A stretch of DNA of 64,000 nt from Planctomycetota bacterium (GTDB lineage Bacteria; Planctomycetota; UBA1135; UBA2386), in assembly GCA_965228735.1 (NCBI GenBank), contig OZ245838.1:2112001-2176000 (forward strand), given 5' to 3'. How positions within the stretch are numbered: position 1 is the first letter of the stretch; the number at the start of each line of letters is the position of its first letter. Below, in pieces: positions 22,607-33,265 of the stretch. The translations under genes and the position numbers were made by a program. The notes below the pieces were generated by a model. The model was not told where the DNA came from. It searched no databases and saw only the letters and a list, made by a program, of their open reading frames with translations.

Positions 22607-22957
22607 GTGAACATCCCGCACGGCATGCGCCTCCTGGTGCACGGACGCGCCGACTTCATGCGCGAGGTCGCCGACGCGATGAAGGCCGCCGACATCCGCG
22701 TCGTGACCGGTCCGATCCCGGGCGGCGGCTGAAGCCCGCGCGCCTGGCTCGCGGTCGCGAGCGACGACACCGAACGCGCGCAGGCGGTGCATCAGCTCCA
22801 CCTCGATCGCATGGTCCGCCGCGAAGGCGTTCCCGCCTCCACCGGCAGCGAGTGCGCCGACTTCGATGCGGAGGAGACCAGCTGCCCCGCCTGTGCGACG
22901 CCGTTCCGGACGGCCGGCACGACGCGATGTCCGGAGTGCGGGCTCAACTTTGGCTGA
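22607..22957 (+). CDS. Putative small selenoprotein (GGG-U-SP) with C-terminal zinc ribbon, 116 aa
   Basis: The frame from GTG 22607 (or ATG 22625) reads through a single TGA at 22730-22732 to TGA 22955-22957: ...IRVVTGPIPGGG-U-SPRAWLAVASDD...CPACATPF...CPECGLNFG. A SECIS-like hairpin follows the internal TGA. Confidence 0.75.
22747..22762 (+). promoter_or_regulatory. Putative bacterial SECIS hairpin
   Basis: GCTCGC-GGTC-GCGAGC; 20 nt lie between the UGA and the loop, and the loop starts with G. Confidence 0.65.
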
Positions 22958-23039
22958 CCGTACCGCTGCAGGTCGCGACCGACTGCCGGGCGCCGCGACC
23001 GCGCGGATCGTCGCGCTGGCCGTCCCGCAGGTCATCCCG

Positions 23040-25403
23040 TTGGCCATTCTGCGGGCCATTCTCCTGGCCATTCTGGGGGCCGGGGCGCTGCCGGCGCAGA
23101 ACGCGTGGGACATCCCCCACCGCGGCGCGATCGTCTACGACCGTGAGGTCAGGACGTTCGCCGTCTCACCGCCGCAATCGCGCCTCGACGGCGACGTCGT
23201 CGTGGCCGGCGCCGAACGCGGTGGCCACGATTGGCGCTATTGGTCGGGCCCGACGAAGTCGGCGCCTGCCGGATTCGAGCAGCCGGGCTTCAACGACAGC
23301 GATTGGCAGCGCGGTCGCGGCGAGTTCGGGACCAACGTCGCGGAGGCCGCCACGGTCCGCACGTTGTGGAACCAGGAGACGATCTGCCTGCGCACGGAGA
23401 TCGAGCTGCGGCAAAGGCCCAAGGCCCTCGTGTTCGACGTCGATCACGACGACGGCGTCACGATCTGGCTCAACGGCACGCAGCTCGTGAGCAACACGGG
23501 CTACGGCCGCAACCGGCGCTACATCGTGATGGGCCGCGCGCTCGATGCCTGGGACCGCGGCCTCAACCTGCTCGCCGCACGCTGCGTGAACACGGGCGGC
23601 GCGCAGTACGTCGACCTCGAGGTCACCGCGCTCGGCAAGCTTCCGCGCGGGGTCCGGACCCAGCCCGAGCTGCAGGCCGCGCTCACGAGCTCGCTGGATG
23701 GCGCGAACAAGGTCCGCCGCGAACTGTTCGCGGCGTTCCGCCCGCCGGCGTTGCTGCTGCAGGGTGAACTCGACGAGGAACAACAGCGCGTGCGGATCGC
23801 GCCGGCCGACCTCCGCGAGATCGCGTGGTGGATCGCCACGGACCTGTCGATCGGCAGCAGCGGCGGCAGCGTCAAGGCGGACAGCAACCGCATGGCGCGG
23901 CTCGGCGACCTGCTGATCCGCGGCCGCGCGTCGAGCGTGGGCCAGGACGGTTGGCAGACGATCACCGCGCGCGTGCAGAACCGCCGCGAGCCCGACCGCA
24001 GCGAGGACAGCAAGCGATACGTGCAGCGCTTCGTCGTGCCGCACGTCTGGTACGGCTTCGACGGCGAGCTCACGATCCGACGCAAGCTCGGCGCCGCGAC
24101 GCCGACGCCGGGGAAGGATCGGCAGCGGGTGGTCGAGTTCGAGAGCCGCCTCGACGGTCGCATCCTGCAGCGCGAGGACAAGCGCTGGAAGAAGCACGCG
24201 GCCACCGTCGCGCAGCACGAGGTGTGGAAGCTCGGCGCCGTGCGCGACGGGCAGGACGCCGAGTTCCGCGTGCTCGTCAGCCGGTCGATCGAGCGGGGCA
24301 TCGCCCGCCTCAAGGACCAGATCAAGGCGCCGGCCGAGGGCGACACCAAGGCGGAGGCGGCGGACGCCGATCGCACCTACCACACGGGCCGGCTCGCGCT
24401 CGCCCTGCTCGCGCTCGTGAAGGCCGGAGTGCCGCCCGAGGACCCGGTCGTCGCGGCCGGCTACGCCGAGCTGCGCAAGCGCCGCGTGTACGACACCTAC
24501 TCGCTCGGCAACGCGATGATGGCCGTGAGCGCGCTCTACGCGCAGAAGAGCGAGCTCGGCGACCTGAAGCGCGGGCTGCTCGAGAAGCCCGCGCGCCGCG
24601 AGCCGACCGCGGCGGACAGGGAGCTGCTGACGACGTGGACCGCCGAGCTGCTCGACAACGTCGACGACAGCGTCGACCCGGCGTATCTCCTGCGCTTCCA
24701 CTACATCGGCGCCCCCGACTACGACAACTCGGTCAATCAGTACGGCCTGCTCGGGTTGTACGCCGCGCACCTGTGCGGCGTCGAGATCTCGCCGCAGGTC
24801 TGGGAGGCCGCGGCCAATCATCTGCTCGCGTCACAGAGTCCGGACGGCAAACGCCGCAGCGTCACGCTCGTCGACTACGGCACGCTGGCGCAACAGGGCG
24901 ACACCGCTCGCGCCGTCGAGTTCCCGGCGCGGGTCTGCGGCTGGAACTACAAGGAACCGAAGTCCGACGGCGAACTCACGCCGACCTGGGGCAGCATGAC
25001 CGCGGCCGGCATCACCGGGCTCGCGATCTGCGAAGGCGCCCTCCGCGACTATCCGAAGCTGCGCCGGAACAAGCTGTTCGAGGACATCACGCGCGCGCGC
25101 CGCGACGGCTTCGCGTGGCTCGCCGAACACATGACGCTGCGCTGCCACGCCGGCGCGATCGAACGCCAGCCGCGCTGGTTCTACTACTACACCTACAGCC
25201 TCGAACGCGCGGCGCTGCTCAACGGCATCGCGCTGATCCAGGACCGGGACTGGTACTTCGAAGCCGCGATGGTGCTCGCGCTGGCGCAGCTCGAGAACGG
25301 CGACTGGCCGGGCGAACTGGTGGCCGAGGGCCAGGTCGAGACCAACGCGATGGCGCTCCTGACGCTCATCCAGAGCACGCGGCCCGTCATCACCGAGAAG
25401 TGA
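23040..25403 (+). CDS. Secreted protein: galactose-binding-like domain plus prenyltransferase/squalene-cyclase-like alpha/alpha toroid
   Basis: Signal peptide ending LPAQ; FNDSDW...HDDGVTIWLNG; DNSVNQYGLLGL, GSMTAAG, YYYTYSLER, QLENGDW. Start uncertain (TTG 23040). Confidence 0.75.
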   Translation: MAILRAILLAILGAGALPAQNAWDIPHRGAIVYDREVRTFAVSPPQSRLDGDVVVAGAERGGHDWRYWSGPTKSAPAGFEQPGFNDSDWQRGRGEFGTNVAEAATVRTLWNQETICLRTEIELRQRPKALVFDVDHDDGVTIWLNGTQLVSNTGYGRNRRYIVMGRALDAWDRGLNLLAARCVNTGGAQYVDLEVTALGKLPRGVRTQPELQAALTSSLDGANKVRRELFAAFRPPALLLQGELDEEQQRVRIAPADLREIAWWIATDLSIGSSGGSVKADSNRMARLGDLLIRGRASSVGQDGWQTITARVQNRREPDRSEDSKRYVQRFVVPHVWYGFDGELTIRRKLGAATPTPGKDRQRVVEFESRLDGRILQREDKRWKKHAATVAQHEVWKLGAVRDGQDAEFRVLVSRSIERGIARLKDQIKAPAEGDTKAEAADADRTYHTGRLALALLALVKAGVPPEDPVVAAGYAELRKRRVYDTYSLGNAMMAVSALYAQKSELGDLKRGLLEKPARREPTAADRELLTTWTAELLDNVDDSVDPAYLLRFHYIGAPDYDNSVNQYGLLGLYAAHLCGVEISPQVWEAAANHLLASQSPDGKRRSVTLVDYGTLAQQGDTARAVEFPARVCGWNYKEPKSDGELTPTWGSMTAAGITGLAICEGALRDYPKLRRNKLFEDITRARRDGFAWLAEHMTLRCHAGAIERQPRWFYYYTYSLERAALLNGIALIQDRDWYFEAAMVLALAQLENGDWPGELVAEGQVETNAMALLTLIQSTRPVITEK

Positions 25404-25405
25404 TC

Positions 25406-26110
25406 ATGGCGATGCCCATCCGTTCGATCTCCAGCCGTTCGAGCTTCAGCCGTTCGATCTTCTGCCGCTCGGTCTCACGCCGTCGGGACGTCGCGCTCCT
25501 GCTCGCGGCGTTCGCCGCGAACGGTTGTCAGCAGCCCCCGCCCCCCGGACCGGCGACGCCGTGGCGCATTCTGTTCGACGGCAGGGAGCTCGGCGCGTTC
25601 ACCAGCAGCCGGTTCGGCGGCGACGGTCCGATCACGATCGTGGACGGCGCGATCCAACTCGACATCGGCAGCCCGCTGACCGGCGTGACATGGACCGGCG
25701 ACGCCCCGACCGGCGACCGGCCCTACGAGCTCGAGCTCACCGCGACGCGCGTGAGCGGCACCGACTTCTTCTGCGGCCTCACGTTCCCCGTCCGCGACGC
25801 GCACCTGACGCTGATCCTCGGCGGCTGGGGCGGCGCGCTCTGCGGCCTCTCGTCCCTCGACGGCGACGATGCCGCCCGCAACGACACCCGCACGCTGCAC
25901 CGGTTCGAGAACGGCCGGCCCTATCGCGTCCACCTCGCGGTCTCGCCGGAACGCGTCACCGTGCAACTCGACGGCAAGCCGCTGCTCGCAGCCGACGTCG
26001 CCGGCCGCGAACTGTCACTCCGACCCGAGGTCGAGCTCTCGACCCCGCTCGGCATCGCCGCGTTCACGACGGTCGCCCAACTCCGAGACATCCGCTGGCG
26101 CCCGCTGTGA
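25406..26110 (+). CDS. DUF1080 (3-keto-disaccharide hydrolase-like) lipoprotein
   Basis: Lipobox-like ANGC; WRILFDG, GTDFFCGLTFPV, LILGGWGG..CGLSSLDG. Confidence 0.8.
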   Translation: MAMPIRSISSRSSFSRSIFCRSVSRRRDVALLLAAFAANGCQQPPPPGPATPWRILFDGRELGAFTSSRFGGDGPITIVDGAIQLDIGSPLTGVTWTGDAPTGDRPYELELTATRVSGTDFFCGLTFPVRDAHLTLILGGWGGALCGLSSLDGDDAARNDTRTLHRFENGRPYRVHLAVSPERVTVQLDGKPLLAADVAGRELSLRPEVELSTPLGIAAFTTVAQLRDIRWRPL

Positions 26111-26144
26111 ACATACGGAGCCACTGCTGGCGGGTTCCCCATGT

Positions 26145-27773
26145 TCATCGCACCCTTTCGAGGTGGGCCTTCATCGCCTGCGCGCGCTGGTGGTCGGGGA
26201 ACTGCCGCAGGACCGCGTCCAGCAGTTCGGCGGCCTGATCGAAGCGCCGGCGCTGCGGGTCCATGCTGTAGCCGGCCAGCGCGAGGTTGGCCTCGCCGAT
26301 GTCGAGACGGCCGCGTGCGGCGAGCGCGTCGAGCAGCGCCGCCTCCGACTCGGCATGACGGCCGAGCGCGTGCAGCACGAGGCCCTTCCGTTCCAGGACG
26401 CGCGGATCGTCGATGAGGTCCCACGCGAGCGCGCGGTCCGCGGCCGCGAGCGCTTCTTCGAGCTCCTGCGGCGCCAGCGTCGCCTCGCCGGCAAGCGCCT
26501 CGACCTGGGCGACCGCCGCCAGCCGATAGCGCTGGGATCCGAACGTGTGGGCCGTGAGCAGCAGCCACCCGCCGATCAGCACGAGCGCGAGCCAGCCGGC
26601 GCGCGTGAACCGGCGGCCGACTTTGAGCGCGGTGTGTTGGAACGTGAGGTCCGGCCGGCGAACCAGTCGCAGCAGCAGCACCGCAAACACCGCGGTGATG
26701 ACCCCGAGTCCGACGGACAACAGCAGCGGCACGCCCTCGAAGAACCACGCATCGCGGAATGCGAACTGCACGGCCACGATCGCCACCACTGCCAGCAGCA
26801 CCTCCTCGCCCCACGAGAAGTCGGCCCGCGCCCGCTGCCGCTGTTGACTCAGCACGAACGGCGTCGGCTTGCTCCCGCCGAAGTAGAGCGCGTCCTTCGG
26901 GCACACGGACACGCAATCGAGGCACTTCATGCAGCCGGGATCGACGACCTGCCCGTACTTGCCCACCTCTTCGTGCACGCGCACGTTGCTCGTGCATACG
27001 CTGGTGCAGTGGCCGCAGTGTTCGCACGCATCCGTCACCCGGATGCGCATCGGCGCGACCCGATCGGCGACCGCGAAGAACGCGCCGTAGGGACAGCCAT
27101 AGGTGCAGAAGCCCTTGGCCCCGAGCCACCAGACGATGAGGAACCCGACGACGACGAACGTCGCGATCGCCATGATCCACCCCGGGAACGTCACCCAGAG
27201 CTCGTCGGTCGTCAGGTGGAGCTCCCAGTCCGAGACCGCGGGCATCGGCTTCGCCACCGGGTCGAGCCAGTGCTGCAGGACGGGCCAGAAGAACATGTAG
27301 CCCGCCACGACCCACGGAGCGAAGACGAGCAGGCGCGAGCGCACCGGCCGCGGCCGCAGTCCGAAGCGGCCGAGCAGGAACGCGCAGAGATCCTGCAGCG
27401 CGACGACGTGACACGCCCAGCCGCAGAACCAGCGCCCGAGGATCAGCGTCGTCGCGATCAGCCCGGTGAACAGCAGGAAGCCGGCGTTCAGGCGCCCGGC
27501 CTCGATCGTCTGCATCGACTCCGACGGCTCGAGCGGCGTCATCGACCGCCCCGTGAGCCACCAATGCAGGAAGTGCAGCCCGACGAGCACGTGCACGGCG
27601 ATCAGCACCACGGCCCGCCGCCGCCCGGACTTCGACGGCCGCACGGCCACTCCCTTCGGCCGATGCCGGTCGACGCGCGGCACGCTCGCACGCGGGTCCC
27701 CGTGGCTCTGGTCCGGGCGCTGGTCCGTTCGGCGCTGGCCAGGGTCGGCGGTGGAAGTCACGGCGGGGAGCAT
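26145..27773 (-). CDS. Membrane 4Fe-4S binding protein (NapH/MauN-like) with C-terminal TPR-like region
   Basis: [42 protein letters not shown], several TM helices. Confidence 0.88.
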   Translation of the reverse strand: MLPAVTSTADPGQRRTDQRPDQSHGDPRASVPRVDRHRPKGVAVRPSKSGRRRAVVLIAVHVLVGLHFLHWWLTGRSMTPLEPSESMQTIEAGRLNAGFLLFTGLIATTLILGRWFCGWACHVVALQDLCAFLLGRFGLRPRPVRSRLLVFAPWVVAGYMFFWPVLQHWLDPVAKPMPAVSDWELHLTTDELWVTFPGWIMAIATFVVVGFLIVWWLGAKGFCTYGCPYGAFFAVADRVAPMRIRVTDACEHCGHCTSVCTSNVRVHEEVGKYGQVVDPGCMKCLDCVSVCPKDALYFGGSKPTPFVLSQQRQRARADFSWGEEVLLAVVAIVAVQFAFRDAWFFEGVPLLLSVGLGVITAVFAVLLLRLVRRPDLTFQHTALKVGRRFTRAGWLALVLIGGWLLLTAHTFGSQRYRLAAVAQVEALAGEATLAPQELEEALAAADRALAWDLIDDPRVLERKGLVLHALGRHAESEAALLDALAARGRLDIGEANLALAGYSMDPQRRRFDQAAELLDAVLRQFPDHQRAQAMKAHLERVR

Positions 27774-27820
27774 ACGCCGGCCGTTGCTTTCGGCGCGACC
27801 GTCCGCGATGTTCTCGCGCG

Positions 27821-29581
27821 ATGACCGACCAGCCGACCGAGCCCACCAACCCCACCGACTTCGTGCGCGAACGCATCCGCAAGGACGTCGCGAGCGGCAA
27901 GGTGCAACAGGTCGTCACGCGCTTCCCGCCGGAGCCCAACGGCTACCTCCACATCGGCCACGCCAAGGCCATCACGGTGTCGTTCTCGATCGCCAAGGAG
28001 TTCGCTGGCCGCTGCAACCTGCGGTTCGACGACACCAACCCCGAGAAGGAGGACCAGGAGTTCGTCGACGCGATCCAGGAGGACGTGCGCTGGCTCGGGT
28101 TCGAGTGGGATGGACTGTTCCACGCGTCCGACTACTACCAGCAGCTCTACGACTGGGCGGAGCAGCTCGTCGAGCAGGGCGCGGCCTACGTCGACGACCA
28201 GGACGCCGAGACGATCGCGGCGATGCGCGGCACGGTGACCGAGCCGGGCACGAACAGCCCGTGCCGTGACCGCACCGTGCAGGAGAACCTCGACCTGCTA
28301 CGCCGCATGAAGGCCGGCGAGTTCGGTGACGGCGAGAAGGTCCTGCGCGCCAGGATCGACATGGCGCACCCCAACCTCAACATGCGCGATCCGGTGCTCT
28401 ACCGCATCAGGAAGCAAGCCCACCAGCGCACGGGCACGGATTGGTGCATCTATCCGATGTACGACTGGGCCCACGGCCAGAGCGATTCGATCGAGGGCAT
28501 CACCCATTCGCTGTGCACGCTCGAGTTCGAACACCACCGCCCGCTCTACGACTGGTGCCTCGATCAGCTCGGCATCCACCACCCGCAGCAGATCGAGTTC
28601 GCGCGGCTCAACGTCGAGTACATGCTCACGAGCAAGCGCCGGCTGCTGCAGCTCGTGCAGGACGGCCACGTCGACGGCTGGGACGACCCGCGCATGCCGA
28701 CGTTGCGGGGGATGCGCCGCCGTGGGTATCCGCCCGAGGCGCTCGTCGCGTTCTGCAAGCACGTCGGGCTCAACAAGTTCAACAGCACGCACGAGGTCTC
28801 GCTGCTCGATCACTTCGTGCGCGACTGGCTCAACAAGCACGTCCAGCGCCGCATGGCCGTGCTCGATCCGGTAGAGCTCGTCATCGACAACTGGCCGGAG
28901 GGTCAGGTCGACATGGTGACCGCCATCAACAACCCCGAGGACGAGAGCGCGGGAACGCGCGAGGTCCCGTTCTCCGGGCGGCTCTACATCGAACGCGAGG
29001 ACTTCATGGAGGAGCCGGTGAAGGGCTTCTTCCGCCTCGCACCGGATCGCGAGGTGCGCCTGCGCTACGGCTACTTCGTGAAGTGCACCGGCGTCGACAA
29101 GGACGGCGACGGCAACGTGATCCGCATTCACTGCACCTACGACCCGGAGACCCGCGGCGGCAACGCGCCGGACGGCCGCAAGGTCAAGGCGACGCTGCAC
29201 TGGGTCTCGGCCGATCATGCCGCGGAGTGCGAAGTGCGGCTCTACGACCAGCTGTTCACCCACCCCAGTCCGGCGGAGCTCGAGGGCGACGAGTTCGTCG
29301 CGCACATCAACCCGGACAGCCGCAAGGCCGTGACGGGCAAGCTCGAACCGAGCCTCGCGTCAGCGCCCGCCGGCGAACGCTGCCAGTTCGAACGCCTCGG
29401 CTACTTCTGCGTCGACCGCGTGGACAGCACGCCGGACCGCCCCGTGTTCGTGCGCACCACGACGCTCAAGGACCCGTGGAAGAAGAAGCAGGGTGGCGGC
29501 CAGAAGAAGGGTGGCCAAAAGGGCGGCGGCCAGAAGGGCGCCAACAAGCCGAAGGGCGGTGACCAACCGCGCGGCAGCTAG
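27821..29581 (+). CDS. glnS: Glutamine--tRNA ligase
   Basis: [17 protein letters not shown] (HIGH), [38 protein letters not shown]. Confidence 0.96.
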   Translation: MTDQPTEPTNPTDFVRERIRKDVASGKVQQVVTRFPPEPNGYLHIGHAKAITVSFSIAKEFAGRCNLRFDDTNPEKEDQEFVDAIQEDVRWLGFEWDGLFHASDYYQQLYDWAEQLVEQGAAYVDDQDAETIAAMRGTVTEPGTNSPCRDRTVQENLDLLRRMKAGEFGDGEKVLRARIDMAHPNLNMRDPVLYRIRKQAHQRTGTDWCIYPMYDWAHGQSDSIEGITHSLCTLEFEHHRPLYDWCLDQLGIHHPQQIEFARLNVEYMLTSKRRLLQLVQDGHVDGWDDPRMPTLRGMRRRGYPPEALVAFCKHVGLNKFNSTHEVSLLDHFVRDWLNKHVQRRMAVLDPVELVIDNWPEGQVDMVTAINNPEDESAGTREVPFSGRLYIEREDFMEEPVKGFFRLAPDREVRLRYGYFVKCTGVDKDGDGNVIRIHCTYDPETRGGNAPDGRKVKATLHWVSADHAAECEVRLYDQLFTHPSPAELEGDEFVAHINPDSRKAVTGKLEPSLASAPAGERCQFERLGYFCVDRVDSTPDRPVFVRTTTLKDPWKKKQGGGQKKGGQKGGGQKGANKPKGGDQPRGS

Positions 29582-29618
29582 ATGGTGTAGACGGGCCCCT
29601 CCGGGTCCAGCGACCTAC

Positions 29619-29644
29619 GCTGGGGTTTCACAACAAACCCCGGC
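29619..29644. terminator. Hairpin between convergent genes, possible terminator
   Basis: GCTGGGGTTT-cacaac-AAACCCCGGC 10-bp stem (one G-U pair); no U-tract. Confidence 0.4.
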
Positions 29645-29694
29645 GGGCCAATTGAACGAAGTAACGTCCCGCAGCATCGGCCACGGGAGCCAGT

Positions 29695-30858
29695 TCAGCG
29701 CAGGAATCGCACCGCCGGGTTGCTCGCCTGCAAGCCCACCGTCGCTTCGAAGGTAAACGCCTGCCAAGCCAGTTCGAGACCGCGAAGCGTCGGGTCGTTG
29801 GGGACCGTCGTCACTGTCGTCACCGGCTGCAAAGGCGCGGGCGTGCCGATGCCTTGCACGACGACGCTCACCGGATCCAGCCAGACCGGACCAGGAATCG
29901 GCGGCACGGCACTCACCAGGCTCGGGAAGCTCACGGCAATGGCGCCGAGGTGACCGAGCGGCCCATACAAGCGCGCCGGAATGTTGCCGCCCAGGGCGGC
30001 CGTGCCGGCCTCGAGGATCGGCATCTCGATGGTCGTGACCGAGATGGTCGATGGAATCAGCGGCCCCGAGCCCGACAATCCGGCGCGCGGATCCAGGCGC
30101 ATCGTTCCGAAGCCGACGAAGCACGGCCCTCGATTCGACAACGGCAGCTGCACCCCGCCCCGGACACTGGAATCGCCATCGACGACCACTTCACCACCCT
30201 GCAGCCGATATGCCGTGGCCGGCGCACCGAAGTTGAAGGGCGGACCAGCGACCGACGAGCCAACCAGCTGCACGCGGCCGCCGGTTTGCACGCACAGGAC
30301 CTGGTAGAAGCCGCCGATCCCGCAGCTGTCGAGCACGACGTTCGAGTCCGTGCAACGAACTGCGCCCTCGTGAAACGCGCAATGGGATGCGATCAGCCAA
30401 TCGCAGTCGGTCGCGCGCAGCCCGCTCGATGAGTCCACGCCCGGGAAGTTCGAGAGCAGGACGCGCCCCCGGTTGTCGACGCACTGGATCTCGACGACCC
30501 CGTTCACCGCCGACGATTCGACGGCGCAATCGCTGAGCACGACCCGTTGCGACGCGACCAGCGTCTCGACGCGAACTGCAGCGCCGGGCGGCAACACGAT
30601 TCGGGTCACTTGGGGGCCGAACGACGCGGCTCCGTGAAGCGCGATCGACTTGCCCGTGATCGTCAGCGCTGGCTCCACGTACTGACCGGATCGCACCAGG
30701 ATCGTGCTGCCATCGGGCGCCGCCGCCAATGCCGCGGCGACGCTGGTGTGGGTCGTTCCCGGACCGTTGTTGATGTCGACCACGAGTGTCTGCGACGGCA
30801 GAGCACTCGAGAGGGTCGAAAGAGAGAGAACCGCCGTGAACAAGAACCGGAGCGTCAT
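29695..30858 (-). CDS. Secreted protein with pectin-lyase-like beta-helix N-terminal region
   Basis: Signal peptide ending LPSQ; SVAAALAAAPDGSTILVRSGQY motif typical of right-handed beta-helix proteins. Confidence 0.75.
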   Translation of the reverse strand: MTLRFLFTAVLSLSTLSSALPSQTLVVDINNGPGTTHTSVAAALAAAPDGSTILVRSGQYVEPALTITGKSIALHGAASFGPQVTRIVLPPGAAVRVETLVASQRVVLSDCAVESSAVNGVVEIQCVDNRGRVLLSNFPGVDSSSGLRATDCDWLIASHCAFHEGAVRCTDSNVVLDSCGIGGFYQVLCVQTGGRVQLVGSSVAGPPFNFGAPATAYRLQGGEVVVDGDSSVRGGVQLPLSNRGPCFVGFGTMRLDPRAGLSGSGPLIPSTISVTTIEMPILEAGTAALGGNIPARLYGPLGHLGAIAVSFPSLVSAVPPIPGPVWLDPVSVVVQGIGTPAPLQPVTTVTTVPNDPTLRGLELAWQAFTFEATVGLQASNPAVRFLR

Positions 30859-31023
30859 GCCGATCGCACGATATCAGGCGAACGAACTCGCGGGCCTCGC
30901 GAACCGCCAACCCGGCGAGAAGCCCGGTTCGAAGCCCGCCCCTTGTCGGGGCTGGCGACCCCAAAGCCCGGCGGACTACGATTGTCGCGCGCGCGGTGGC
31001 CTGAATCCCCTGCAGCGACACAG

Positions 31024-33153
31024 ATGGTGAACGCACGACGAACTCCTTCCCGCACGCCGACGCGCTTCGGTGTCATTGCACTCGTCGGAGTCGCGATCGT
31101 CGCGCTGCTCTGGCTGCTGCAGTCTGGCGCCGGCGCCGCAGGCGAACGGCCGGCCGAGGTTCGACCCGAGCGACTCGAACGCCGCGACCTCAACCCAAAC
31201 GCAGTCCCGGCCAACTCCGGGGCGCAGCCGGAGCGCGCCCTGGTCGCCGCGGTCGAGAGCTCGGAGGCGACGACCTCCCCCGCGCCGGGACACATTCACG
31301 TTCGCGGAACCGTCGTCGTGGTCGACCCCCGCGGCGAGCACCACCGCGAAGAAGATGGCCAACTGGAGTTCATCCTGTGGGAGGGCGACATCGGCACCAA
31401 CGCGACGGTGACCGTGCAACACGGCCGGTTCTCGGTCGACGTGCCAGCGGACCACGAGCTCGAGCTCAGCAGTGCGATCCTCGGCAACCGACCCGCGAAA
31501 CCGTCGGCCGAGCGGCTGCCGGTGGGCGAACGTCTCGAGCTACGGGTGACCTGGTTGGCGCCGACGGTTCTCCGTGTGGTCGACGCCGAAACCGGACACG
31601 ACCTCACCGAGATCACCGCCGTCGCCGCGACGAACTGGATCACGGACGACTGCGCTCATCCGGGGACCTACGCGCCCGATGCGGTGCGCGTCGAACACGG
31701 ACGCTCCCCCCTGACGCTGATGAGCGACGCCGAGCAGGCGTTTGGCATGCGTTGGGAGGAGTCACTGTGGCTTCACTCACCCGGCTACGCCTGGGGTCAA
31801 CTCACGCTCGACTACACCAATCCGACCGAGCGCCGGATCGAACTCCAACGTGGCGGAACCCTGGAGGTCAGGATCGAGGGGCCCTTGCCGGCACAGCCGA
31901 GACTTCAACGCCAGCGCGTCACGTTCGGCGAGCGCGACGACCAACCGTGGCTGCGGCTTCGCGAGTCGACGGCAGCGCCCGATATCGAAGGCCAGGTGCA
32001 GGAAGCGCTCGAACGTCTGTCGCAGTTCTCGGACGCCGAGCTCGGCGGACGACCCCGCCCGACAGCAGCAGAGCTACGGCAGTTCTTCGAGCGGGCCGCG
32101 ACCCGGGCGGCTCGGGGCGGGATGGTCTTGCAAGCCCACGCGCCGCTCGACAAGCCAGTCGTGCTGGAGGGCATTCGGCCCGGGGCCTACCTGATCGCGG
32201 TCGAGATGGGCAATCATTGGGATTCACCAGTGATCCTCGGCGAAGCCCCCACCACGGTTCAGGCCGGAAGCACGCAGTACGCAACCGTCACGGTGAAGCC
32301 TCCGCCCGCGCGCACGACCGTACCGCTGGCCGGAACGTTCTTCCTGCCACCGGCCTGGAACGAGCCGCACCTCAGCCTGCAGTTCGAACCGATGGACCTC
32401 GCCGGCAAGACCTCACGCGACGAGCGCGACCTCGACCTCTCGGACATGAAGCCCGTTCCCGGAAAGCCCGGCCTCTACCGCTGGGACGCCGGCCTCGTCG
32501 TGGCGGGCCGCTACGAGGTGACGTGCTACACGCTGGACCTGCAGTGGGTCGTCGACACCGGGCCGCGCGGCAACCGTTCGGCCGCGATCGCAGTCGGCGA
32601 ACCCGTGGACGCGACCGCGCGGGTTCTCGAGGAAACGACGGGACGGTGGGTCGAGAACGTGGACCTGCTCTGGAACGGTGAACGCCCCAACGGCGTCATG
32701 GGCGGCTCCCTCGCCCACGCAGAGTGGAACGCGGAGACGAAGACCTACGAACTTCGCGTCCCGGCTGGCCGGATCGAGTTGCACGTCCACTCGAAAGAAT
32801 ACTCGACCGTCGGCCAGTTCACGTTCGACGTGCGCCCCCACAACCGCGAGCTCGTCGTTCGGGTTCGGCGCACCTGCGGCGTCGAGCTCTTTCTCAAGCA
32901 CGGCGAATCGACAATACCGTGGCACGAGGCCTCGCAGTTCGCCCTGAGCATCGAAAGCCTCGACGGCAACAACGCGGGCTCCGGTACGGGCAGCATGGAC
33001 GACCACGGGATGTATCTCGTCGTTCGCAACCCCGGGTCGTACCGCGTCAACGTGCCCGATCAGCCGGGCTACGAACCGGTTCCCCCGTTCGAGATCTACA
33101 TCGGCGCCGGCCAGTTCGTGAAGCACGACGTGCAGCTCGTGCCGCGTCGTTGA
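31024..33153 (+). CDS. Membrane-anchored protein with carboxypeptidase-regulatory-like beta-sandwich repeats
   Basis: N-terminal TM; LRVVDAETG, LEGIRPGAY, ARVLEETTG, PGSYRV patterns. Confidence 0.7.
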   Translation: MVNARRTPSRTPTRFGVIALVGVAIVALLWLLQSGAGAAGERPAEVRPERLERRDLNPNAVPANSGAQPERALVAAVESSEATTSPAPGHIHVRGTVVVVDPRGEHHREEDGQLEFILWEGDIGTNATVTVQHGRFSVDVPADHELELSSAILGNRPAKPSAERLPVGERLELRVTWLAPTVLRVVDAETGHDLTEITAVAATNWITDDCAHPGTYAPDAVRVEHGRSPLTLMSDAEQAFGMRWEESLWLHSPGYAWGQLTLDYTNPTERRIELQRGGTLEVRIEGPLPAQPRLQRQRVTFGERDDQPWLRLRESTAAPDIEGQVQEALERLSQFSDAELGGRPRPTAAELRQFFERAATRAARGGMVLQAHAPLDKPVVLEGIRPGAYLIAVEMGNHWDSPVILGEAPTTVQAGSTQYATVTVKPPPARTTVPLAGTFFLPPAWNEPHLSLQFEPMDLAGKTSRDERDLDLSDMKPVPGKPGLYRWDAGLVVAGRYEVTCYTLDLQWVVDTGPRGNRSAAIAVGEPVDATARVLEETTGRWVENVDLLWNGERPNGVMGGSLAHAEWNAETKTYELRVPAGRIELHVHSKEYSTVGQFTFDVRPHNRELVVRVRRTCGVELFLKHGESTIPWHEASQFALSIESLDGNNAGSGTGSMDDHGMYLVVRNPGSYRVNVPDQPGYEPVPPFEIYIGAGQFVKHDVQLVPRR

Positions 33154-33265
33154 ACGCCGCGGCGAAGGTAATCGCAACCGCGAGAGTGATCGCTGCCCCG
33201 GGCCTCCAACCTCCGGGACACGGTCGTCTCGCGCATCGTTCCAACCTCCGCTACCCTGATGGGCG

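Noticed and set aside
22730..22732. Genome-wide UGA reassignment (genetic code 4 or 25)
   Set aside because: Many conserved genes here (uvrB, prfA, rpsP, thiG) end at TGA at their expected C-termini.
22544..23113. N-terminal extensions of the ATP-grasp ORF (to 23113) and the toroid ORF (from 22866)
   Set aside because: Low-complexity translations that overlap the better-supported selenoprotein frame.
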